Below, piece by piece: positions 52,488 to 61,988 of a stretch of DNA of 64,000 nucleotides (position 1 is the stretch's first letter; each line of letters starts with the position of its first letter). Source of the stretch: Promethearchaeota archaeon (lineage in GTDB: Archaea > Asgardarchaeota > Lokiarchaeia > Sigyniarchaeales > SOKP01). Below the pieces are notes generated by a model that saw only the letters and a program-made list of their open reading frames with translations, was not told the origin of the DNA and made no database searches. The stretch covers positions 75,211 to 139,210 of the forward strand of contig JAEOTA010000022.1 in NCBI GenBank assembly GCA_016840085.1, in the 5' to 3' direction. A program made the translations under genes and the position numbers.

Positions 52488-53846
52488 CTATAAGTAGATT
52501 TGAACCCCTTTTTTTTTTAAAGCATTTAAAATATCTGGAGTTTCTTTAAAATTATTTTCAGCTACATATATTTCTTTTAATGATTTAAGCGATAATATTG
52601 ACTCTGGAATTGACTCAAGCTTATTTCTTGACACATTTAAGTACTGAAGAGATTTCACGTTATTTATGCTCTCTGGAATCTTTTTTAGTTTATTATCACT
52701 AACATTTAATATTTCTAGAGCGGAAAGATCCCTAATACTTTCTGGTAGGGTAGTTAATTCATTTCTTTCTAAATTCAGAATTTTTAAAGAAGATAGAAAC
52801 CCTATTGATTCAGGGAGAGACACTAAACTATTCCAACTTAAATTTAAATCATCTAAATTTACTAGATATTTAATAGATTCTGGTAATTCTTTTAATAAAT
52901 TATCATGTAAATTCAATTCTTTTAAAGATAATAAATTCCCTATTGTTTCGGGTAAACTAGTTAATTGATTTAGTCTAAGATTAATTATTTCTAATCGCAC
53001 TAAACCTTCAATTGATTGAGGAAGTATTTTTAATTCATTCTTCCATAAAAATAGTTCTTTTAATGATTTTAGATTTCCAATTGATTTTGGTAGAGTTTTT
53101 ATATTATTAACGTTTAAATTCAAACTTTCAAGAGAATGAAGAGATCCAATCCAATTTGGGAGGATGGTTAATTGATTATATCTTAAAATTAATTTTTTTA
53201 ATGAAGATAAATATTTAATAGGGGTCGGTATAGATGTTAAACCCTTAAATATGAAATTCAATTCAGTGATTTTACATTTTTCAATTTTATATTTTAATCG
53301 CCAATATGATTTTTTGAAAAGCATTAGTGTAAAATAATTAATCAGGATATCTGCCAATTCTTGATTTGTAAAAGTTTCAATATACTTAGATTCACATAAA
53401 ATCTCGAATCCTAATTTAAATTCTTTATATTTAATTTTTTCTACTTCTCTAAGCAATAGGGATTTAACCATAGGATCAGTGTTTTTTGCCCAATTATTTA
53501 TAATTTCAATAAGAACCCTATGTATCGTTCTTAAACATGAAGGTGATTCTTCATGAATTAGTGCCCACTTCATTGGTTCAAATGTTTTATCAATAAACAA
53601 ACTTTTTAAAATTAAGGCAGCAGTATTTCTTACTGTTAAACTAGAATCAGAAATAAGTAGATTTTCTAAGACTTTAAAAGTATAATTATCAGCAGCTCCT
53701 ATATGTTCCAATTCTTTTATGCTATCAACCCGAACTTTATTACTATCACTCTTCTCTATTAATGATAACAATAATCTAACTGCAGAAAGTTTATCTAAAT
53801 TCTTTTTTAGAAATTCTTGGTATATTTTTTCAGGACTTAATTCCAT
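52488..53846 (-). CDS. HEAT-like N-domain plus leucine-rich-repeat protein
   Basis: About 10 LxxLxLxxNxLxxLPxSI repeats. Confidence 0.9.
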   Translation of the reverse strand: MELSPEKIYQEFLKKNLDKLSAVRLLLSLIEKSDSNKVRVDSIKELEHIGAADNYTFKVLENLLISDSSLTVRNTAALILKSLFIDKTFEPMKWALIHEESPSCLRTIHRVLIEIINNWAKNTDPMVKSLLLREVEKIKYKEFKLGFEILCESKYIETFTNQELADILINYFTLMLFKKSYWRLKYKIEKCKITELNFIFKGLTSIPTPIKYLSSLKKLILRYNQLTILPNWIGSLHSLESLNLNVNNIKTLPKSIGNLKSLKELFLWKNELKILPQSIEGLVRLEIINLRLNQLTSLPETIGNLLSLKELNLHDNLLKELPESIKYLVNLDDLNLSWNSLVSLPESIGFLSSLKILNLERNELTTLPESIRDLSALEILNVSDNKLKKIPESINNVKSLQYLNVSRNKLESIPESILSLKSLKEIYVAENNFKETPDILNALKKKGVQIYL

Positions 53847-54028
53847 TATTTTTAAGAAATTGATTTAAATTTTTTAAATTACTGTCTTTAATTTATTCTA
53901 ATATAATGTAAAATTTAATCTAATAATTTGTAATATACAAAAAATCAATATTTCAACAAATAATGAAGAATCTTATATCGATATATCAATAAGGATTAAA
54001 TCTGAATGACTTTAAAAATCTAATAATT

Positions 54029-54454
54029 TTAAAGATGAGACTTTCTTGCTGTTTTTAGTAGTTTTTTATAAGCTATTAAATTACATTTCCATTTTAATAG
54101 TTTTTTCGCTTCTTTTTTATTACACCATTTATATTCATCATGTTCATTGCTTAATTTAACATCAAATAAATTATCTATTTCAGCAGCAAAACAAATATCT
54201 CTCATCCATTTTCGACTTATAGGTGCTTTAAATGTAAAAGTGTAATCCAAATCAAAGACATTTTTTATATCTTGAATTCCAGTTTCTTCAAAAACTTCCC
54301 TTTTAATTGTATCATAAGAGTTTTCACCTTCTTCAATTCCTCCACTTAAAGGTTGCCAAAATCCCCCTTTTTCTGGGGTTCTTTTCAGGATTAATACTTT
54401 GAATTCTGAATTTCTCGTAAATAGAAATATTTGAACATTAGTTCTTTCAATCAT
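54029..54454 (-). CDS. NUDIX hydrolase (NudB-like)
   Basis: FWQ, GGIEEGE...REVFEETG, LSNEH. Confidence 0.9.
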   Translation of the reverse strand: MIERTNVQIFLFTRNSEFKVLILKRTPEKGGFWQPLSGGIEEGENSYDTIKREVFEETGIQDIKNVFDLDYTFTFKAPISRKWMRDICFAAEIDNLFDVKLSNEHDEYKWCNKKEAKKLLKWKCNLIAYKKLLKTARKSHL

Positions 54455-54562
54455 TTACACTAGACTCAATTTATTAAATAAAAATAGGAATAATATTGAT
54501 TTTTATAATAACATAAAACTCTAAATTATTAAATTTTTTTTTTAGTCCAGTATAATCTAATT

Positions 54563-55900
54563 TTATTCATTTAAGGAAAAAAATGAATCACAGAAATCAA
54601 AGCGTTCTTCGATCCAATCATACAGAAAATAAATTTTTTCATTCAAATCAAATTCTTCATTACTATAAAGATATTGATCTGGCCATTTCGGTGAAATATA
54701 TCCTTCAACAGTTATGGGTTTCCACATTTCAAGATCAATTTCTAAAACCTTCTGAATTTGAGTATACATTTTTGTAATTAATCCTAAAATATATTCTTTT
54801 GTCCATAAATCGGCTCTTAATTCTGCCCAACGAATATTTACCTCTTGTACAAATTCTTTATTATGAACTAACCGCTCAAATAGTACATTCCCGCTACCAA
54901 AACAATTTGTTTTCTTCGAATCATACTCTTTCCAACCAAGTTGCCCAAATGAACCATCAAAGTCCCAGGGAATTAAAAAAAATTTGCTAGGCATAGAATT
55001 TCTTACTAGATAATAATTTTTACTCCAAAAATCTTTATGGAGAATAAAGAAGTTAAAAAGATAAAAATCAATTAAATTCATCTTATCAAATTTTGAAAAG
55101 ATTCCCGTAGTTTCATTAAAAAATTCCATGTTGGATGTATTATTTATAAAAAGTGTCAAATCCTCTATTATTTGATCAGTGATATAAATTCCATCTTCTT
55201 TATTAGGATAATCTTGCGCCCAATGTGCTATAACTTTAAAATGGTGATGGTGTCCTGGAGCCTGAAGGATTAAACTGCTATTTAGACTGTTTTGTGCATC
55301 ATCAAGCCCAAATAATCTTCTATCTTGTTTTTCTGAGAGTAAATATAGTCCTTGGAATTTGTTATTAAGAAACAGTTTTACATATTTAGATCTAGGTAGG
55401 ATTGCTGTTGGGTTTGATGGAAGGAGACTACGCCATAAATCAAAAGCTAACTTAGTTCTCATTCGAGTATGATCGAAATAATTTGCAAATAATTGCCAAT
55501 CATCATCCAATCTCATTCCAAGTAAAGAACATTCATTAAAGAATTCTAAACGATAACCCTTTTTGGCAAAATAAATATTTGTACGACCTCTATATTTTAT
55601 TTTAGATGATATTATGCATTTATTTAATTCTACTACCGCTACCACATAATTTTTAGAATTTATTGAATAAGGACAAGAAATAGATATTTCAGGTAAAAGA
55701 TTAGGCAATTCGAAAGATTCTTCTTCTATTGAGCTAAGATATTGAGTAATAATTGAAGTAGGAGTTACTATTAAAATAACAATAAATAAAAACAAAAAAT
55801 CTCTTCGATTTTTATTTTTTGGTGCTTTACTAATTTTATTCAACAAAACTTCACATTTTATATTAAATCTACTATAATTCTTCAGCAGAACTTCCATCAA
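54563..55900 (-). CDS. cotH: CotH-family kinase with N-terminal membrane anchor
   Basis: KYRG...KKGYRL, GLYLLSEK, D...KNYYL, IPWDFDGSFG; TM segment FLFLFIVILIV. Confidence 0.85.
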   Translation of the reverse strand: MMEVLLKNYSRFNIKCEVLLNKISKAPKNKNRRDFLFLFIVILIVTPTSIITQYLSSIEEESFELPNLLPEISISCPYSINSKNYVVAVVELNKCIISSKIKYRGRTNIYFAKKGYRLEFFNECSLLGMRLDDDWQLFANYFDHTRMRTKLAFDLWRSLLPSNPTAILPRSKYVKLFLNNKFQGLYLLSEKQDRRLFGLDDAQNSLNSSLILQAPGHHHHFKVIAHWAQDYPNKEDGIYITDQIIEDLTLFINNTSNMEFFNETTGIFSKFDKMNLIDFYLFNFFILHKDFWSKNYYLVRNSMPSKFFLIPWDFDGSFGQLGWKEYDSKKTNCFGSGNVLFERLVHNKEFVQEVNIRWAELRADLWTKEYILGLITKMYTQIQKVLEIDLEMWKPITVEGYISPKWPDQYLYSNEEFDLNEKIYFLYDWIEERFDFCDSFFSLNE

Positions 55901-56636
55901 TTAACTTAATATCAAAAATAAATTCATTTTCTTGAATTTTTAAGAGTAGCGAAGATTTAGTTTTTATTGAATCCCTAAAAATTTGTCTCCTTTTTTTTAT
56001 CAATGATAATTTAGGTCTTTTAAATGTTATAATAAAACTTAATCGATTATTTTTTTCATCAATTGAACTAACACTTAAAAGAGAGTAATATTTTAAATAT
56101 TGGTTAAAGATAGTACTTAAAACTTCAGTATATTCTTTTGATTTAGGTAAATTCATTTCTAAAATATCTTGAGCTAAATATTTTTGTCCAAATTTAGTAA
56201 TAGTCATTAGATACATTAATAGGCACCCTAAAATGGTTATCATTATTGCTATGGGAATAAATCTCGTTCCACATGCCATACCCATTGCCATAGTAAAAAA
56301 AATAAAACCTAAATCTCGAGCATCTTTTATTGCACTCCGAAATCTAACAATAGATAAAGCACCAATCAATGTAAAAGCCCGTGCTATATTTGATCCGATT
56401 ATTAACATTATTACACTGACAATTAATCCCAATAAAACTAAGTTTTGAGTAAAATTATGTGAATATGATACACTTCTATGAGTTCCTCTGTATGTTATTG
56501 CTATTATAAATGATAATAAAATTCCCCAAAATAACACAATAATAACATCTACAATATTAAAATCAGTTCCGAAATTTGTAAATGAATCTTCTAGAAATTT
56601 CTCAATGAAATCACTGATCGCCATTAATTTACTCAT
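55872..56636 (-). CDS. DUF4956-family membrane protein (MgtC/SapB-like)
   Basis: IGSNIARAFTLIGALSIVRFRSAIKDARD...GMACG. Confidence 0.88.
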   Translation of the reverse strand: MSKLMAISDFIEKFLEDSFTNFGTDFNIVDVIIVLFWGILLSFIIAITYRGTHRSVSYSHNFTQNLVLLGLIVSVIMLIIGSNIARAFTLIGALSIVRFRSAIKDARDLGFIFFTMAMGMACGTRFIPIAIMITILGCLLMYLMTITKFGQKYLAQDILEMNLPKSKEYTEVLSTIFNQYLKYYSLLSVSSIDEKNNRLSFIITFKRPKLSLIKKRRQIFRDSIKTKSSLLLKIQENEFIFDIKLIDGSSAEEL

Positions 56637-56799
56637 AATTAATTATTTTAAAAAAAGTTTTCCGAAAATGTATAATGTAGGATAAAAAATGGAATAACAG
56701 GAATCGTTTTCTATTGGTTAAATTATGAATTACCGAAATCTAATCGAATAAAAATTAATAGGTTTAGATAATTGATAATTTCATATAACTCAAATTCAT

Positions 56800-57576
56800 C
56801 TAATCTATAACACTAAATATCTTCTTTTGCAGGGAGAGTTGGTATTTGATATCTAATTTTTCAATTCCACTAACAAATTTAGACATCTTTTCTCTGACAA
56901 AATTATTTCTTTGTATTATATTGATTGCCCATTTAGGGATAAATTTATTGAATTTTATTTCCATAATACATACGTTTGGAGATTTAATATAATACGAACC
57001 TCCACCATAATGAAGATTAAAATTGTAATTCCGAATCCTTAAATTTGTATCAAAAGTAATTCTAAATTTCGATATGAATTCACTATTAAAAGCTTGTCTT
57101 TCATAGCAGATAACATTAACTGGTTTTAAATGAAATCTGTTATAATTAAACCATATCTCATTTAAAATATTTTTATTTTGAGGTGAAAGATTCTTATAAA
57201 AATCTCTTGCGTCTTGAGTTTTATTGTTTATAATTTTAAAAGCCGTATTGAAAGGTACTTTAATTCGTTCTTTTGAAAGTGTTTCATTTAATCTTTTCTT
57301 AAGTTCAATAAAAACATATTCTCTATCTCTATTAGCAAAAAAATCTGGATAATAACGAATTCTAAATTTCATTCTAATATTTAAACCACTTTTCTTGTTA
57401 TAGTAAGATTTTCCGAAGGGAGAATCAAAATATATACTTCTTACTTCATAATTATGATTATTATTAATATATTTATCGTGTTTCATAAAAAGTGTTATTT
57501 CTTTTATAAATTTATCTCTTTGTATCAAAGAAATGAGATATTTTAGCTCAAAACGATTAAATTTCGCTTGGATCAT
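56800..57576 (-). CDS. VTC-domain (CYTH/TTM tunnel) polyphosphate polymerase-like protein
   Basis: RFELKY, RSIYFDSP, KFRIRYY, ELKKR, YERQAF, RITFD, MEIKF, SKF. Confidence 0.9.
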   Translation of the reverse strand: MIQAKFNRFELKYLISLIQRDKFIKEITLFMKHDKYINNNHNYEVRSIYFDSPFGKSYYNKKSGLNIRMKFRIRYYPDFFANRDREYVFIELKKRLNETLSKERIKVPFNTAFKIINNKTQDARDFYKNLSPQNKNILNEIWFNYNRFHLKPVNVICYERQAFNSEFISKFRITFDTNLRIRNYNFNLHYGGGSYYIKSPNVCIMEIKFNKFIPKWAINIIQRNNFVREKMSKFVSGIEKLDIKYQLSLQKKIFSVID

Positions 57577-57714
57577 TGGATTCCTATACTTTCTTATAAA
57601 TTTAAGATGCTATATAATTAATAAACAGAATTATAAATTGAAATATATCTTTATAATTTTATTAAACATAAGATTATCAAGTATTCATATAAAGAAAAAT
57701 ATATATATTCTCTT

Positions 57715-58299
57715 ATGAGCTGGTTTAGAAATTTAATTCAAAGCTTATCAAATAAATTTAGAGAGGGTTTCCAAAGAGATCTGAATTATATACAAATGCG
57801 ATTACCAGTAAATAAAATCACAAGAGATTTTGAAGAATCTCTACAAAATAAGATCAAACACAAAGTAAAACAAGCAAAAATACGAGAAGCTGTTGAAGAT
57901 GATATTGAAGACTTAATTATTATACATGACCAAGCATGGCATTCAACGCCTATGCCATATCATTCACTCTCGAAAGATAAGTTATTTGAAATTATTAAAG
58001 ATCCTGATATTACGGTACTAATAGCAGAAATTAATTCAATTGAAATTGGGTTTATTATTTTATACTTTACAGGAGAAAATAATATTATAGGTGTAATCGC
58101 AGGATTAGGCATATTGCCAGAATATCAACATAAAGGTTTAGGCACTTTTCTAGGAATAACAAGTTGGAATTATTTTAAAGGAAAAGGTGTTAAGGAACTA
58201 AGATGTAAGGTGTTTAAAGATAACAAAATATCATATAATTTTATAAAAGGTCTTGGATTTGAGGAATACAGCTTGGATTTCCCAACTTGGAAATTATGA
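57715..58299 (+). CDS. GNAT acetyltransferase
   Basis: ILPEYQHKGLG acetyl-CoA motif; NKISYNFIKGLGF. Confidence 0.87.
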   Translation: MSWFRNLIQSLSNKFREGFQRDLNYIQMRLPVNKITRDFEESLQNKIKHKVKQAKIREAVEDDIEDLIIIHDQAWHSTPMPYHSLSKDKLFEIIKDPDITVLIAEINSIEIGFIILYFTGENNIIGVIAGLGILPEYQHKGLGTFLGITSWNYFKGKGVKELRCKVFKDNKISYNFIKGLGFEEYSLDFPTWKL

Positions 58300-60201
58300 T
58301 TAAATATAATTTTCTAAACCAAGATCTTTTAATTTTGCTTGCGTTGGGGTTCCACTTTTTTTATCCCATCCACGTTCATCATAATAATCGTCAAGTAATT
58401 GGTTAGCAATTTCAGGGGTAATTGTTATTTCTCCGAAAAAATCTTGGAAGGCAAGTATATTATGTCCAAATTTCAATGGTTTAAACCAATCTTTTGGAAA
58501 TTTATCGTCTTTTCGAGAAAATCCTTCTTTCACATTTAAAATTTTAAATAAATTCCAAGATCTTTCAGCTGCTATACGTAAATCCTCTGGTTGCATATTG
58601 AATCCTGTTACTGCATTGAAAAATTCTGTCGCTGATTCTAAACCGTAAAAACGATTCATTTGAGCTCTTGCACAGAGTCCTAATGAAGTTAAAACAGTAT
58701 ACCAATCCTCTGAATATCTTGTTAATCTTCCTACATTCACAACCATTTCTTTTATTGGAGGAGAAAATATTCGATCGACTGCAGATTTAGGAATACCCAT
58801 ACGTGAAAAATGTATATTAAATTTTTCTCTTGAGCTTCCAGCACCTAAATAAGTTGGAGAACCTCCAGATGCAACATGAGCCCCTTTAGGGTTTACGACT
58901 TGTTCAAATTCCATGGTACCAAGGCGTAAGAATCGTGGTTCGAATATAATATCTAAACCTTTCACAGTAAGCATTTCTTCTTCAATTGAATCATAAGTGT
59001 CTGCTAATTTTTTCCATCCATCAGCTAATATATTACCAAATCCTTTTCTATAGGTTATCATTTCTATAAATTTTACGAGAGTATTGTAATCTGTTTTCCA
59101 TTCTATTCCTGTACTTTCTTTTGTAAAGATACCTTTCTCATATAGAAATTTACAAAACTTCAGTAAGGCAGTAATCGTCAAAGAATCTAATCCATATCTA
59201 TTAACGATATCAAAACCTTTAATAGCCTCATCAAAGTTTACTAAGTCTTCAAGCGTATACATTAAAAAGGGATTAATTACCGAAGATGTATAATTTAATA
59301 ATCCAGAATGAATTCCTTCTTTGAGTTCAAGAATATCTTTATCACCCATAGGACAAGAAGGACAGGCAATTCGCCGTTTTTTCAATTTTTTAAGATAAAC
59401 GCGTTCGCTACATTGTCGAGCCTTTTTGTTTTGACCTGAAGCTTTTAAAATCATACCTACAGGCAGACTCCTCAACATTCCTAAACTATGCCAGGATTCT
59501 CTCTGAGGATAATTTTTAATACGATTAAAAAGCTTATTAAATAATTCATTAAATATTATAGGATTGGCAATTGAAACACCTTTAGTTCCTTTTACTGCTA
59601 TTGCTTTAAGGTTTTTAGACCCCATAACTGCACCAAGCCCCCCTCGTCCAAATGTAGACGTTTTATCGATTAAAGCTAAAGAAATGCTTACCAAATTTTC
59701 ACCGGCTTGTCCAATTGCAATTATTCCGCAATCTTCATACTTTTTTTGTAAAAAATTTGTTGATTTTATTATGTCCTGGCCCCAAATTTCTTTTGCATTT
59801 ATTAATTCGATATGATCGTCCAAGATTAATAAATATACAGGTTTATCTGCTTTACCTGAGATGATTACATTGTCGAATCCTGCTTGTTTTAACTGGAAAC
59901 CAAAACTCATGCTACCACATGAAGAAGCAATTGCACCAGTTGCGGGAAATTTGCTTGTACCGACAGTTCTGGAGGAACCTGGGGTGATTGTACCTACCAA
60001 AGGACCTACTCCGATTATTATATAATTTTCAGGAGATAATGGATCAATATGTGGCTTAATCAATTCAGCAGCAATCCTAATATTTATTCCAAGTCCACCA
60101 ATAAATTGTGTAATATCATCAGTATTTTGTGTAGTAATAGTAATTTTTTTGTTGGTCAGATTAATAGTGAGAATGTTTCTAGTATAACCACTCAATTCCA
60201 T
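58300..60201 (-). CDS. aor: Aldehyde:ferredoxin oxidoreductase family (W/Mo-pterin); start moved to MELSGY at 60201
   Basis: GGLG, IGQAGEN, GRGGLGAVMGSKNLKAI, CPSCPMGD, YYDERGWD; TAATG coupling to the ferredoxin gene. Confidence 0.9.
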   Translation of the reverse strand: MELSGYTRNILTINLTNKKITITTQNTDDITQFIGGLGINIRIAAELIKPHIDPLSPENYIIIGVGPLVGTITPGSSRTVGTSKFPATGAIASSCGSMSFGFQLKQAGFDNVIISGKADKPVYLLILDDHIELINAKEIWGQDIIKSTNFLQKKYEDCGIIAIGQAGENLVSISLALIDKTSTFGRGGLGAVMGSKNLKAIAVKGTKGVSIANPIIFNELFNKLFNRIKNYPQRESWHSLGMLRSLPVGMILKASGQNKKARQCSERVYLKKLKKRRIACPSCPMGDKDILELKEGIHSGLLNYTSSVINPFLMYTLEDLVNFDEAIKGFDIVNRYGLDSLTITALLKFCKFLYEKGIFTKESTGIEWKTDYNTLVKFIEMITYRKGFGNILADGWKKLADTYDSIEEEMLTVKGLDIIFEPRFLRLGTMEFEQVVNPKGAHVASGGSPTYLGAGSSREKFNIHFSRMGIPKSAVDRIFSPPIKEMVVNVGRLTRYSEDWYTVLTSLGLCARAQMNRFYGLESATEFFNAVTGFNMQPEDLRIAAERSWNLFKILNVKEGFSRKDDKFPKDWFKPLKFGHNILAFQDFFGEITITPEIANQLLDDYYDERGWDKKSGTPTQAKLKDLGLENYI

Positions 60202-60446
60202 TAAATATCTTCCTCCATAATTTTTAAGGCACCATATAGACATTTTTGGACACATTGTCCACATTGGACACATGTGTCTAAGAAAATAATTTCTGGGGCT
60301 AAGCCATACCTGTCTTTAATTTCTAGATTTGCTTTTGAGGGATTAAATATCTTATGATGAGTGTATGAGCACCACAGCATACATAAAATACACCCACTAC
60401 ATTTTTCCTCATTAATGATTATTTCAATTTTTTTATTTTTTACCAA
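60201..60446 (-). CDS. 4Fe-4S ferredoxin partner of AOR
   Basis: CSGCILCMLWC and CVQCGQCVQKC. Confidence 0.9.
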   Translation of the reverse strand: MVKNKKIEIIINEEKCSGCILCMLWCSYTHHKIFNPSKANLEIKDRYGLAPEIIFLDTCVQCGQCVQKCLYGALKIMEEDI

Positions 60447-60472
60447 TATTTTTCGTACCTTATTTCTTTTAA

Positions 60473-61963
60473 TTATAATTTTATAATAAGTCCAGTTTTA
60501 CTTTCTAATTTTTTCAATAATGGTGGTAATTGTTCAAATTTGTTGAAATTTAAATCTAAAACTTTTAATGACGATAAGGAAGTAATCGAATAGGGAAGAG
60601 TTTCAAGTTTATTGCCCCATAAGTTTAATTCTTCTAAAGATGATAGTTTTCCTATCCATTCTGGAAGAGAAGTAAAATTGTTCCAACTAAGGTTTAAAGA
60701 TTTTAGTGACTTAAGATGGATAAATGAGGGGGGAAGTCGTCTTAATTGGTTATTTCTTAAATTTAATTTTTGTAAAGTAGTAACCAAACCTAATGATTGA
60801 GGCAATTTTTCAATTCTATTATCATACAATTCTAATTCCTTCAAACAACTTAAAGAATCAATCCACTTTGGAATTTCTTTTAATTTATTTCCGCTTATAC
60901 CTAATTTTTCTAATGATGTAAGAGATTTTATGCTAGGTGGAAACTCTAAAAAGTTATTCCACCCTAATTCTAGTTCTCTAATAAACCTATTAAATTTAAG
61001 ATCAATTGATTTTAATTTATTTCCATGTAAGTCTAAAACCTTAAGCTTTTGGAGAGATTTTAATGATTCAGGAATTTTTGCCAATAAATTGTTTCTTAGA
61101 TTTAGTTTTTCAAGTGAAGATAAATTACCGACCGACTTAGGAAGGGATCTTAATCTATTAGATTTCAAATTTAATATTTTTAAGGATTTTAATTTATCGA
61201 TGGATTCTGAAAGAGTAATTAAATTATTATAACTTAAATCTAAGGATTGGATTGAATCTGATTCATTTGAGATATCTGATAATTTTAACAAATGATTAAA
61301 CCTTAAGTCAAAAAATCTAAGATGTTTAAGGGAGAATATTAAATCAAGCAAATTTGGCAAAGAAATGCCTTGTGGATCTACATTAGACAAATCTAATTTT
61401 GTAATACAACCCCAATCATCTAATTCATATTTTATATAACCATATTTAATTTTTAGAAATGAGATGAGATAATAATTTAATAATATATCTGCAAGTTCCT
61501 GAATATTAATACTTTCTAATTTCTTCTTTTTAAAAATCTCTTTAAAATTATATTTAGATTCTTTTTTGCTAAGCTTTCTTAACTTTTCAACTAAAATTGA
61601 CTTAGATTCATCTATATTTATCTCACTTAAAACAGATACGGCAGTCACCAAACATTTTATAGATTTTTCATGTTCAAGTAGCCAAGATATTGGAGCTAAA
61701 GCTTTATCTAAATAGTGGTTTTTTAAAACTTTACAAGTTAAAATCCTAATTTCTTCATTTAAATCAGAGATTAATAGATGTTCTAAAAATTTGAAATTTA
61801 CATCATCATTAAATGGAATCTTATCTAAAACTCTAATGCTTTCTATTCGAGTTTCAATACTTTCTGTGTGTTCAATTAATGTTTGTAATAACTCAAGAGC
61901 GAAGTATTTATCTAATTCATTATTCATGAAATCTTCATAAATCGCTTTAGGAGTTAAAGGCAT
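60473..61963 (-). CDS. HEAT-like N-domain plus leucine-rich-repeat protein
   Basis: About 12 LRRs; N-terminus homologous to the 41217 and 52488 genes. Confidence 0.9.
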   Translation of the reverse strand: MPLTPKAIYEDFMNNELDKYFALELLQTLIEHTESIETRIESIRVLDKIPFNDDVNFKFLEHLLISDLNEEIRILTCKVLKNHYLDKALAPISWLLEHEKSIKCLVTAVSVLSEINIDESKSILVEKLRKLSKKESKYNFKEIFKKKKLESINIQELADILLNYYLISFLKIKYGYIKYELDDWGCITKLDLSNVDPQGISLPNLLDLIFSLKHLRFFDLRFNHLLKLSDISNESDSIQSLDLSYNNLITLSESIDKLKSLKILNLKSNRLRSLPKSVGNLSSLEKLNLRNNLLAKIPESLKSLQKLKVLDLHGNKLKSIDLKFNRFIRELELGWNNFLEFPPSIKSLTSLEKLGISGNKLKEIPKWIDSLSCLKELELYDNRIEKLPQSLGLVTTLQKLNLRNNQLRRLPPSFIHLKSLKSLNLSWNNFTSLPEWIGKLSSLEELNLWGNKLETLPYSITSLSSLKVLDLNFNKFEQLPPLLKKLESKTGLIIKL

Positions 61964-61988
61964 ATTTTTTTATATTTTTATTTTTTTT

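Noticed and set aside
60202-60273. Cys-rich N-terminal extension of AOR in the ORF track
   Set aside because: It is an alternate-frame reading of the ferredoxin gene; the SD and TAATG overlap support a start at 60201
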